This document shows positions 19,600 through 32,331 of a stretch of DNA of 64,000 nucleotides, piece by piece. The position numbers and the translations under genes are program-made. Source of the DNA: Rhizophagus irregularis (taxonomy: Eukaryota). Within the stretch, counting starts at the first letter, position 1; the number at the start of each line of letters is the position of its first letter. The notes under the pieces were generated by a model. That model did not search any database. It was not told the DNA's origin and saw nothing but the letters and a program-made list of their open reading frames with translations. The stretch is taken from the NCBI RefSeq assembly GCF_026210795.1, contig NC_089429.1, positions 1,426,001 to 1,490,000 of the forward strand. Direction: 5' to 3'.

Positions 19600-20800
19600 A
19601 TGAAACGCTTATTAACGTTTCGTAATTTTTTTTCATTTTTTTTTCCTTTCTTCTTTTAGGTCAGCGGGTGGGCTTCCGAGTTCCGAAGAACGGAAAACCA
19701 AGATTCGTAAGATAAGTACGAATCTTGGTTTAATTTTTTTTTCTTTTTTTTTAATATTATTAATGAACGGTTACTAATAACCGTTCTTTTCTTTTTTAGG
19801 TTTCGGGCAGCTTCCTGGTTCCGAAGAACGGAAAAGAACCAAGATTCGTAAGTATATACGAATCTTGGTTTTGTTTTTTTTTTGTTTTTTTTTTAAAAAA
19901 ATATTATGAACGGTTACTAATAACCGTTCTTTACTTCTATTTTTTAGGTTTCGGGCGGCTTCCTGGTTCCGAAGAACGGAAAAGAACCAAGATTCGTAAG
20001 TATATACGAATCTTGGTTTTGTTTTTTTTATTTTTTTTTTTTAATATTATGAACGGTTACTAATAACCGTTCCTTTCTTTTTTATAGGTTCGGGTGGACT
20101 TCGGACAAACGGGAGAACCAAGATTCGTAAGTACGAGTACAAATTTTGGTTTTTGTTTTTTTTTTAATATTTTGGAACGGTTTACTAACCGTTCCTTTCT
20201 TTTTTCTTTTATAGGTTCAGGTGGGCTTCCCAAGAACGGAAAAACCCAAAGATTCGTAAGAATCTTTATTTTTTTTCTTTCTTTGTTTATTATTATGAAC
20301 GGTTTACTAACCGTTCTTTCTTTTTTCTTTTATAGGTTCGGGTGGGCTTCCCAAGAACGGAAAACCCAAAGATTCGTAAGGTATGGTACGAATCTTAACT
20401 TTTTTTATTTTTTTATTATTAAGAACGGTTAACTAACCGTTCTTGTATTTTTTTTTATAGGTTCGGGTGGGCTTCCGAAGAACGGAAAACCCAAAGAATC
20501 AGTAAGTTTTGAATAAAACACGTTTTTTATTTTTATTTTTTTTATTTTTTTTTAATTTTCTCTTTTCTTTTTGTAGGTATCGATTCTTTCGGCTTTGGGA
20601 CTTGGATATGCCGATATGGTAAGTTTCGATATTCGAAACTTACATTTTTTTAATTATTTTTTTTAATTTTATTCTTTAAGAAACGTTCTAACTGAACGTT
20701 TCTCTTTTTTTGTAGGCCTAGATTTTCTTTTCGGCGCTCTGGATTTTTCTTTTGTAGGTCAGCTTGATGGTTATTTCGACCCTTGAGCGAATGAATAATG
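19600..20800 (+). repeat. Micro-exon array with hairpin-embedded splice signals (CATCAG copy 1)
   Basis: Repeats of ttttag|gttcgggtgggcttcc..gaacggaaaa..ccaagattc|gtaag...acgaatcttgg, each followed by gaacggttactaataaccgttc and a T-tract. Confidence 0.8.
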
Positions 20801-21807
20801 GAAGATAATTCCTCAATCCTCAATGTGAATATTAAACCACTTGATGTTGTTAAGACACATATGACGAGATTTGGTTTTGATTTTTATCATGAAGGAGCAT
20901 AATATTAATATAATTATCGAGGGAAAGTTCATATTTCCACCTTGTTATGGTTGTGTCACCAGGGGCGCTATGTCAACGGAATTTTAGTACGTTGATCGCT
21001 TAAAAATCCGTAGCAATCCAATTATAACAAGAGGATGAATTTTTACAATTTTACATGATTAGATATTGTATTTGTATTGTACTGTATTCTATAAATAAAT
21101 TTACAATGTTTTACAATTTAAAAATTTTAAAATATACACGTTAATAATATACAATAATATATATGTTAATAAATTACTAATACTACAATTAAAGTTAACT
21201 ATCGTACGATGACTAAAAAATACCATTGCTACCGTTGCTATACGTGTTTTTAATATCAATATACGTCGTTTTTATACATTGTATACGTCGTTTTTAAACT
21301 ATCGTTGTTTTACTATGTGTAGCTTTACACTTAAATGGGTGTTGTTTTACACGTTTTTAAACATTTTTAAGTGGTGTTGATTGACAAAGGGTTCGTTTCC
21401 CTACGTTTTTTGGCGTTGAGCAACACATGGTGTTTTTCAACACTTTATACGCCTGTTTAAAACTTGCTGATGTATACCACAAAGAAAGACTCAAACCACT
21501 ATTGTAAAGAAAAATATGAAAAATATGTGTATATCCTATTTTCATACCTTGCTTAACAGTTTCACTATTTATTTAAAAGAGACTTTTCTCTTTTTTGTAT
21601 GTGGGTAGGGGTACATTTTTTCCTTTTTTTTATTCTTTTCTTTTGTATATGGTAGATGAGTACGTCTTACTATATTAAATATATAAACTAAAGTGCCAAA
21701 GTATTGTTAATATTGTAAAAGATAAGTAAAGTATACTTGGATAAAAGAGAAAAGAAGAGACGAACCGTAAAGCGTTAATAAAAGATAAGTAAGAAGAGAA
21801 AAGTGTA

Positions 21808-22768
21808 CAGTCAACTCCCTCTATAGTCACTCCCGTTATAGTCACATTCTACTATATAGTCACACCAGTTGAATGTTCAAAACACTTTATTATTAAAATC
21901 TATCCTATATAGTCACAATCTATCTATAGTCACTATCACACCTATCCTCAAAAATCTTATATTAAAAAGAACTGTTTATAATCACAGTTATATAAAGAAT
22001 ATATTAAATAACTTGGCATCTAATAATCGTACAAAGTTGTATCATAGCTTGTTAGAATCTTCTCACTGAGACGAACCGAATGGTGGTAGTTTTATCCTTT
22101 TCCGATCACTGGCCGACGAGTTATTCAACTAAATGTTAAACATCGGCATTATAATATTTCTTGATTTACGTTTACTGCGCCATTTAACATTTTGCTAGAT
22201 TTCTCAGTACCTAGTAATTGTAAAAAGACGATTTATAGCTCGTTGGAATCGCCTCATCGAGACGAATCGAATGGTGGTAAGCTCATCTCTCTGTGATCAA
22301 TATTGACGGAGTTATTACTTAAAAACCATTTAATATTTTTTAATTTCGGAAATTGATCTAGTGATTGGATTTCGATGTATCTTATATCATTAGATTCGTC
22401 TCATCATGACGAATCGAATGGTAGTAAGATCGTCTTTCTAGGATCAATATTGGCAGAGTTATTACACAAAAACCATTAATATTTTTTTAATTTCGGAAAT
22501 TAATCTAGTGATTGGATTTCGACGTATTTTATACCATTAGAACCGTCTCATCAAGACGAATCGAATGGCGGTAAGATCATCTCTCTACGATTAATATTGG
22601 CGAAGTTACGATACAATAAAATTTTAAGTATAATTCTGGCTAAAATTATGTTAATTTTTGGCCGGAATTATGATATACAAATATAAGAAATTTTTTATAT
22701 AGTCACATCTCTTTATAATCACCAAATATGGACTGTCCCAAATGTGTGACTACAAAGAGAGTTGACTG
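21808..22768. mobile_element. Tc1/mariner (pogo-like) non-autonomous element with about four internal ~130-bp tandem repeats
   Basis: TIR CAGTCAACTC...GAGTTGACTG, TA TSD. Repeat core cgtctcatcaagacgaatcgaatggtggta at about 22060-22600. Confidence 0.85.
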
Positions 22769-25612
22769 TATTTTTGAAAATAAACAAAAAAAATCGCACA
22801 TTAATTTTAGATATCACATGTATGTAATCAAAGCGATTTTAATTGGTTATTAATATACATGCATAAATGTCATGTGATTTTAGTGACCTATACAAAAGAT
22901 AAAAATTATTTTACAAAAAAATACGTTTCCAACCTTCCAACCAGTGTATAAAATCTGGAAAAAAATGTGCACACGTGCACATAAGAATTTTTTTTTTTTG
23001 TGCACGTCACGAACTCAATTTTTAAAAATTTTTGTGCACAAAAATATGCACTATATTAATTTATAATATAAAACGTCCTAACTTTTAAATCCTAAATTCC
23101 TAATTATATTATAGATTTTATTTATAAAATATAATTAATTACACTAAAATGTTCCAAAAAAATGAAAAATAAATCACTATAATTATTAAATTGCCCGATC
23201 TTTAAAAGCCCAATGATTGTAAGCTGCTAAATAATTGAAATTTTCAAAATTTTGAGGGCCATTTAAAGAAACATGTAAATGCATATTAAGAGTATCAATA
23301 TGCACTCTGTTTCAAATGTCAGTTTGTTTTGATTAAATTTTGCCTAGAAAATACACGCTCCACCACAGTGTTAGAAAAAGGTATAATTAATAACAAATCA
23401 ATAAGAATAATAAGATTAGGGAATTGGTTTCAGAAATGAGTAGTATTAAAGATCTTATACCAACATTTAGTAAATTTACATCCTTTGGCAAATCTATATG
23501 ACGCAATTAGATTTTTAGCCAAATCCCATTCTTTCTTAACTTCTTCGTCATCAATTAATGAATGCTCATCATTCATCAGCAAGTTTTAAACAGGCGTATA
23601 AAGTGTTGAAAAACGCCATGTGTTGCTCAACACCAAAAAATGTAGGGAAACGAACCCTTTGTCAATCAATGCCACTTAAAAACATTGAAAAATGCGTAAA
23701 TAAACACTCATTTAAGTGTAAAACTACACATAGTAAAACAACGATAGTTTAAAACCGTGTATACATTGTATAAAAACGCGTATATCGATATTAAAAACGC
23801 GTATAGCAACATATAAATTTTATTAATCGTAAAATATTGTAAATTTATTTATATATATATATAGTAGTAATAGTACAATACAAATACATTCATTATCTAT
23901 CTAACTACACTACATACAAATTGATATTTCTCAGTAATGTAAATTGTCAAATGTTTAAAACTCTTGTTATAATTGGATTGCCACGGATTTTTAAGCGATC
24001 AACGTACTAAATTTCCGTTGACATAGCGCCCCTGGTGACACAACCATAACAAGGTGGGGTTTTGATTAAAAAAATACAATATTAAAAGTTTCGTTAACAA
24101 AACTTACACGATCTGATTCATATTTCAAAAAGCCTACAAAAAAGAAAAAAGGAATCGTTAACAAACGTTTCCTAAAAAAGTCAACTATAAATTAAGTTTC
24201 GCAAAAATTGCGAAACTTACCATTTTGTCTACCAGAAAATCCGTAGACCTACAAAAATAAGAAAAGAAACGTTAGTTAACGTTTCTTAAAAAAAAAATTA
24301 TAAAATAAAGTTTCGCAACATTTCGTTGCGAAACTTACCCATTACCATCCGCAATTCAAAATCTGAAGCCTAATAAAAAAAAGAAAATGGAAATGTCAGT
24401 AACATTTCCTAATTAAAAAAAATAAAAAAAATGGGTTTTGTACCGAAAAAATGTTATGAACTTACATTTAATATCTGAATTTCCATATTCCCAGAAACCA
24501 AACCTACAAAAAAAGGAGAAACGTTCAGTTAGAACGTTTCTTACTAAAAAATAAAACAAAATGGAAGTTTCGTAATGAAATGTACAAAACTTACCATTTT
24601 CCAAAATTCCAAGTCCCGGAGGTTGGCCGAACCTACAAAAAATAAGAGAAACGTTCAGTTAGAACGTATCTTAAAGAAAATAAGACAAAAAAAAATGGAA
24701 GTTTCTTACGAAACTTACCGTTTAAAGACCCTTTTCTAACATTGTTTCCTGAAACCTAAAAAAAGAATAAAGGAAACATTAGTAAGAGTTTCCTAATAAA
24801 AAAAATTAAGTTTCGTAATGAAACATTACGAAACTTACCCAATCATTCTTCCGTTCCAAACTTTCCGATCCTACAAAAGGATAAAGGAAACATTTAGTAA
24901 ATGTGTTTCCTAATAAAAAATTAAAAACATTAAAATTTCGAGGGAAACCCTTCGAAACTTACAATATCCAAGATCCGAAGTTTGAACACACCGAAGGTCC
25001 TACACAAAGAAAATATAGGAAATGTTAGAAACGTTTCCTTATAAAAGAAATTAAAAAAAAAAATTTTTTAAAAAGTTTCGAAGCAAAATGCTTCGAAACT
25101 TACCCTTTCCTCCGTTTTCCAAAAAAAACCTACAAAAAAAATAAAGGAAACGTTAGAAACGTTTCCTTATAAAAAACTAAAAAAAAATTTTTTTTAAAAG
25201 TTTTGAAGCGTAAAATTACGCTTCGAAACTTACCCTTTTTCCTGTTTCCCAAAAAAAAGACCTACAAAAAGAATTTAAAGAAACGTTAGTAAACGTTTCT
25301 AAAAAAAAATTAAAAAATAAATGAAGTTTCGCAATGAAACGTTGCGAAACTTACCATAACATTAAAATTCTTCGAAATCCCATTTAGAAAAAAAAATCCG
25401 CGGACCTAAAAAAGAAAGAAAAATGAAACGTTAGTCACGTTTCGTTAAAATAAATTAAAAAAAAATAATTTTACCTGTCCGTGAATCATCCAGGAAGCGG
25501 TCCTAAAAAAATAAAAAAATGAAACATTAGATACGTTTCGTTAAAAATAAAAAATTAAAAATTTTGAAGGTTTACCTTCAAAATTCCCGTCTGTGAGCCA
25601 TCTGAAAGCCGC

Positions 25613-26695
25613 TGTAAACGGTCGAATATCAAGCGTGAAAAGATGATAAAATTCAACCACCAAATGTAATTGTCAAATATTAAGAACGAACAAATTAATT
25701 ATGAATTGGCGTAGATGGATAAATAATTAGCCGAAAAGGATAAACATTTAGGAAGAGTAATGATCTACATGATGTAATATTTGTCAAATGATTGACAAAG
25801 AACCAATAGAATAATTAGAGTCAATTAATTGCGGCTTAGCAATCTTTAATAATAAGAACAATTAGAAAGAATAATTATAAGCCACAAAAGATAGATTATA
25901 AGCAAAACACATAAAGCGAATTGAAAGAACATATAAAATAATGTCAGAAAGATTAAAGAACATAAAATAATATAAAAGATAATATAAAAAGATAGTATAA
26001 AGATGGAATATAAAGGATAACATATTAAAAAGAACATATATAAAAAGATAGCATATTAAAAGATAGCGTATTTAAAATATAGATAGCATATTAGAAAGAT
26101 AGTTCAAAGATAACATGTAAAAAGAACATAAAAGATAGTATATAGATAGAATAGAAAGTAGCATAAAAATTTGTATAAATAGAGAGCGGAATTTAAAGTA
26201 ATTCCACAGTTCTCATCCACAGAACTCAATAAAAATATAAGTTTCATTTAATTATTTGTTAGTGAAGTTTAATGTTAATTAAAGGTAATAGGTTTGCCCT
26301 AAACTTTAATTAATGTTTGCTTAATTAATTTTAATTGAATAAATGGAAATTTTAAGATGAATTAAATATACACTTTTGGAAAGTAATAATTCGTAGCGAG
26401 AGCTATCGAAGTTTGAAATTAAAGGTAAAAGTGGATATAATTTGGGGAAAATTTAGAGAAGTTAATTTTATTTTATATCGTTTGATGTTTTATATTACTA
26501 ACGCTATTTATGTCATGAACCAAGAATGTTGTTATATATTGTTCGTTGATTATGTTGTTTGTTAATTATGCTGTTGATTATTTGCTCGTTTATTCAATTG
26601 TTCATTTGTTCGTTCATTTGTTCGTTCGACCATGGGAATGCCCGTTCGATGTGGCAACTCTGTAAGTTGATGACAGAGGGAATTGGGGGATCTCA
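25613..26695 (+). repeat. 5' LTR
   Basis: tgtaaacggtcgaatatc...gggggatctca, near-identical to 36284-37366. Confidence 0.95.
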
Positions 26696-26697
26696 TA

Positions 26698-26713
26698 TGG
26701 TGCATGCTCTGAG
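26698..26713 (+). promoter_or_regulatory. Primer-binding-site-like sequence
   Basis: TGGTGCATGCTCTGAG begins 2 nt after the 5' LTR. Cognate tRNA not identified. Confidence 0.6.
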
Positions 26714-28225
26714 AAAGGAAATGGTCATCATCACATGATTATTATTATATGAAAATTTAATTTCGTTAGTAAGTCACTGATAGGTATTATTAATCAATAT
26801 TTTATTTTAGAATTTATTTTTAGATTTCAGGTTTTAACAAGTTCAAAAGGAACCAATAAATCAATAAGGATTTAATTGAGTTAAAAACTTGAAAAGGTGA
26901 AAGATTGGAGTTTGTTGTTGTGCAAGTAATCACTTAATCGATAGAAAGCACAAGAATATTTCTTTCGGGAATAAAGTACCTGAGAAATTTCATAAGGAGA
27001 TGTGGAAGCGAAAGATGGATTTTGAAATAAAGATTAATAATGGGAGAACACCAATGTATTATCCGGGGTTCATCTGTGTCGTATGGGTTACGTCTGAGTT
27101 TGAATTTTGGATAAATGCTCGAAATTGGAAAATTTTTATTCTTCGACATTAAGGATTATAACGTATGGGTTACGTCAAATCTGGATACCCAGCTCAATAA
27201 TGCGCAAATTGCTTTGGGGACGGGGAATGAAAATTGTAAAGACACCTACTATCAAGAAACATTGAATGGATAAAATGGGACAAACCTGTAAACTATCATG
27301 CTTTTACCCAATGGGAAAAAGATAGAGATAAGCCCAGTATAGGTCCACCAATTTGAGGAAAGATAAGTTGGCTTAGATGAGTTTTATGGATAGCAGATGA
27401 CTTTTGAAACTGGATTTCGGAAGGTTAGATTCACCCGTTAAGAGACAAGTTGGCTAACGAAAGAAGAAAAGACGGATACGTTGTATTGTTACAGGTCCTA
27501 GGCTACATTTCAGATGAGGGTTCTCGGTGTAGTGTGCTAGGTCACGCTTTCATCACAATGTTCTGTTAAAAAAAGATGAAATAGAAAGATATTTACACAT
27601 TAACGAGCTGTATAATGAATATTATGTGCAGTATTTAATAATAGAGTAAAATCCGAAAAGATGGATATTTTATTAAAAAGAAGGATACTTATTTAAAAGA
27701 AGAACATTTATTCGAAAAGAAGGACATTTATTTGAAAAGAACGACATTTTGTGTACTACAGATTAATTCATATAATATAGAATATATAGTAAGAAGGATT
27801 TATATGGACGATAAGAAAGATTGAAAATTCACAAACTTTGAAAGTTATGAAAATTTTGGAGTTTGTGATATGTGAAATTATGGATCTTGGTGACAAAAAG
27901 ATGTGATATGTGAAATTATGAATATCGGTGATAAAAGATAAACTTTGTGGTGCAGTAAAAACCTCCGCAGTCTGAGGAGATCGTGGACTTAGAATAATTT
28001 TTGAAATTTTGAGGCGCAGTAAAAATTAATAGTAAAATATGGCATAGCAAATACATAAAACTGAAAGATAGAATCTAAAGATTGAAAGAAGTAATCTATT
28101 TAAAGATAAAAGAGTGTTTAGAAGATTGAAAATAGAAACGATAAGAGTGAAATGTATATATAGAGAGATAGGAATCCGATTGAGATTCTGGATGGATATT
28201 CATAGCAACTTAACTAAAGCATATA

Positions 28226-31200
28226 ATGGAATGGTACCATCAATGGGAAAGTGAATATAGAACACATAAAGAGGAACACAAATTAGGAACAGAAGAATTG
28301 GACGAATGTTTAAATTGTGAATTATGTCATCCAATAGAAAATGAACCAATAGTGTTCAAGAAATTTTGGGACGCATTATTTAAGTTCGAAGATACAATAA
28401 TAATATATAATAATGTAACGATCAAGGGAGTAATAGATTTATTAAGTATGAATAATTCGGAAAGAGAAGATACAATACATAAAGGAAAATGTAGGGACAT
28501 AATGGATAGAATAACAGAATCAATAAGATATAGAATACAACCAAAAATGAAAGAAAAAAGATTACGAACAATTATATTAGTAATTGTAAGAGATTGTATT
28601 GAAAGAAATCTGGGGAATGAAGTATTTGATAGATTAATTGGAAATCCCGAATTAATAGAACACAAATATATTTTGGAAGATTGGGATGTTGAAAGAAGGT
28701 TTGAGAAATTTTGGCAATGGTATAGAATCACATCGAAAGAAGTTGGACCATTACGAGTAAAGATGGGAGCAATAAAGACATTTAGGGAATTACTATATGA
28801 AGAGGTAGGAATAGCTATGAATGAGGAGAAAGTAAAGGAACTAATGTTCTATATAGAATATGAGAACATAAATATAGAAAATGTTCACAAATATCACAAG
28901 AATATGGTGCAAAAGATAATAAGGATATTTATAGATACTAGGGGTTTTACAAAAGAACTGGAAGATTCAGAAAGTGAAGATAGTCCAGCAAGCTACGAAT
29001 TAGAAAATAGTTCCGAGGAAGAATTAGAGATAATAATAGGAGACAAATCATGGAAATTTAGTGAATTAAAAAGAAAGACAAGCTCTATAGATGAAGATCA
29101 ATTGAGATACATTTGGAAGATAGGAATAAAGTTGATGATAGAAATGGATATATTGGTAACGAAATCATTTATAGATAAAGTCCAAGAGATAGAGGAAATG
29201 GATGTAAGGGAAAAAGAATTGAAGATAAAAGAATGGTTGGAAAAAGAAACAGTAATATGTAAAAGATGTGGTAATAGAAGGTTCAAAATGGACAAAACAG
29301 ATAATGAATGTGGGGAATGTATTAAAGAAAGGTGGAAAGATGAACAAGATGAGTTAATAGAATTAAAAAACAACTTAGAAAAGTTAGGATACGAAATAGA
29401 TGTGTCAGAAATTCAAAGAATAAAGAATTTTGGGGTTAATAATCGAATAATAGTAACAGAGGAATTCATAGAAAGGTATCTGAGAATAATAGAATTAGAA
29501 GATAGAGAGTTAAGAAAAGAGGTGCACAGATGGTTAAACGAGAACACAACCTGGTGTGAAAGATGCGAAATAAGATGGATGAATGATATGTTTAGATTAG
29601 GAGGAACTGTATGCAAAGATTGTGAGGAAGAAGATATCGATGAAATTGATGATCGGGTAAAAAGATTGCAGAAGATTTTTGAAGATATTGGAACAATAAT
29701 AATTGAAGAAGAATTGTTGAGATTAACTAGTATGGGATATACAGATGGAGAAATTTTAGATAAAGAATTCATTGAAATTTTTCAAGAAAATAAAAATGAG
29801 TCAGAAAAAGAATTGAAGAAAAAGTTAGATAAGTTGTTGAAAGAACAAGCAGGAATAATAGATAGTGAAGAAAGTGGTGAAAAGAGTGATAATGAAACAT
29901 CAGAAGAAGACAATACAGATGATTCAGAAAAAACTGGAGAAATATTAAGTCCAGATGAAATATGGGATGAAAATATTGAAAATTTTAATGAAGATGAGTT
30001 TGAAGATGAAATTGAAAATGTTATAAATAGAGGAGGTAGCGACTTAAGTCAAAACTCAGATACGAATAGTTCATTAAATATCAAAAATTCTGACAACGAA
30101 AGTGAATTATCTGATTACAATTTACAAGATTTATTTCAAGAGAATATATCAAATATGGCAACTGAGAATCAAATAAAAAGATTGATAGAGAATGCTTTAG
30201 GTTTTCCAGCTAATACTTTGAATGCAGCAGTAGGAGCAGGAGCAAGTTTGATAGATAGAATTGAAAATGCAGGGAATGAAGCAGGGGGAGTAATTAGTGT
30301 ACCACTTTTTTATGGGAAAGAAGACGAAGATGTTAACGATTGGGTTAGACAATTTGAGGTAGCATTTACAGCAGTCGGAAAAGCAGCAGGAGCTAATGGT
30401 ACAAGACAAGCGGCATACGCAGCAGCACATTTAAGAGGGGCAGCAGCACAATGGTATAATGAAATGAAAGAAGTAAATGTAAGTCACTTAGTGAATTGGG
30501 CAGATGTAGATAATGATAATGATTTAAAACATAGAATAAAGAGGAGATTTACCAGAGAGGATGTTAGAAGAAAGAAAATGCTAGAATTAAGAAAAACTCG
30601 ACAGGAAGTAAATGAAAGTGTTGAGGAATACACAAGAAGATTTAGACAAATATTAAGAATAGCAACTAGAGAACATGCCTTAGCAGAGGAATGCCAAGTA
30701 GATCATTATATTGAAGGATTAGAACCAACAATAGGGTATCAAGTTAGAAGACAAAACCCAGCGAACTTAAATGGGGCAATAGATATAGCAGTAAGGGAAG
30801 AAGGTGCAAAGGACGAATTTTTTAGGAAAGTAATAGGTACACCAATTAGTGCGAGGATAGACATCGGAAAAGATGATAATAGACAAAATATGTTTGCGAA
30901 ACCATTAAGCGAAAATTATGAGGACGAATTAGTTAGAGCGTTTGAAGAAAAGGCAAGAATTAGTAAATTAGAAGGACTGGTATCAAATATAGAGAGAAGA
31001 TTAAATAATGATAATAGGAATAGGTATCAATCAAATATGGGAAGGAGATTAAATAATGGTAATAGGAATAGTTATCAATCAAATCAGAATAGGGTACCAA
31101 CATGTTTCAGATGTAATAGAGTGGGGCATTATAAGAATAATTGTCCTGAAGGAAGGAATGCAAGAGTAAATATGGTGGACGAGTATTATGATCAAGAAGA

Positions 31201-31792
31201 ATATGATTATGATGAATATGGATATGAGGAACCACAATATAATGAAGTATATTATACATAAGGCTATTACGATGATTATGAAGATAGAGAATTAAATTAC
31301 CATAATGAATTATACGCAAAAGATAACGCAGTAAAAACAAGAAGACAAACAAGAAGGTCGAATCCAATAGTGGGATATAAAAATAATGGTGAAGAAGGAA
31401 ATTTACAAGAAGAATTAAGAGAAGCAGGAAATAGAATGGATGATAGAGAAATACCAAGTGGTACAACGGCACCAAGTTATACACCTGAACGAACTGAACA
31501 GAATTGGGATAGACCGATAGGACCAAGAAAAATGAAATGGAGTAATAAAAGGCAAGATTATTATGACCCAACAGAAGGACTAAGAAAATGGAGAGAAGCA
31601 GGGGGACCAACAAAACTCAGAGTATATGGACCAAGATTAACTGACAAAATACCACCTTACGACATTATAGGAGACGTGAAAAATTGTAGAGCGAATATAA
31701 CATATGGACAATTAATAAATGAGAATACTAAGTATCATAAACAATTGAGGGAAGGAACATATAAGCCAAGAAGTGTAAATGAGAGAAATTGA
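28226..31792 (+). pseudogene. gag: Gag with a long N-terminal extension (CxxC motifs, acidic tract), capsid domain and CCHC knuckle; internal TAA at 31259
   Basis: Capsid motifs near 30300-30730; CFRCNRVGHYKNNC; 31262-31792 continues in the same frame. Confidence 0.85.
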
Positions 31793-31801
31793 CTACACTC
31801 G

Positions 31802-32305
31802 GTGGGAACTATGAAAAATGAAGAAAAGAGAACTACAGCAATGAGAACAGAATTAGAAGTTGAAGATCAATTAGTGAATGTAATAATAGATACTGGAGCA
31901 GCAGTAAGCGTGATAACAGATAAATTAAGAAGAAGATTGAATATACCTATATTTGGAAAAAGTAAATTTAGATGTACAATAGCAAATGGGCAAAAGATAG
32001 CAGCATTAGGAAAGGCGAATATAACTTTGAGGTACAAAGATGAATTAGAAATACTGAAAGAAGTTGAAGTAATCGATTCAGAAGAAGAGGATCTAATTTT
32101 GGGAAATGACATATGGAAGTTGTATAATGCAAAAATAAATTTTGAAGATCATACCTTAAGAATAGAAGAACAGGGAGAAATAATAACGATTCCAGTAGGA
32201 TACGAAAGGGAAGTAGTATATGAAAGTGAGGAGAGTGAGGTCGATGAAGAATATGAAAGTAACGACGAAGGAGAGGTATTCAGAATGCACCAGAATTTTA
32301 AATAG
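31802..32305 (+). CDS. Retropepsin aspartic protease
   Basis: VIIDTGAAVSVI...DLILGND. Confidence 0.9.
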   Translation: MGTMKNEEKRTTAMRTELEVEDQLVNVIIDTGAAVSVITDKLRRRLNIPIFGKSKFRCTIANGQKIAALGKANITLRYKDELEILKEVEVIDSEEEDLILGNDIWKLYNAKINFEDHTLRIEEQGEIITIPVGYEREVVYESEESEVDEEYESNDEGEVFRMHQNFK

Positions 32306-32331
32306 AGAGTCTTGGCTCTGAAGAGAGAGAG

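Larger units (their letters stand above)
2748..21472 (+). mobile_element. Non-autonomous TIR element, 'CATCAG' family copy 1 (about 3.7 kb without the nested Polinton-like element)
   Basis: Termini CATCAGCAAGTTT...AAACTTGCTGATG, flanked by TA/TA (2-bp TSD). Both terminal regions are homologous to the inverted copy at 23574-39144. Confidence 0.8.
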
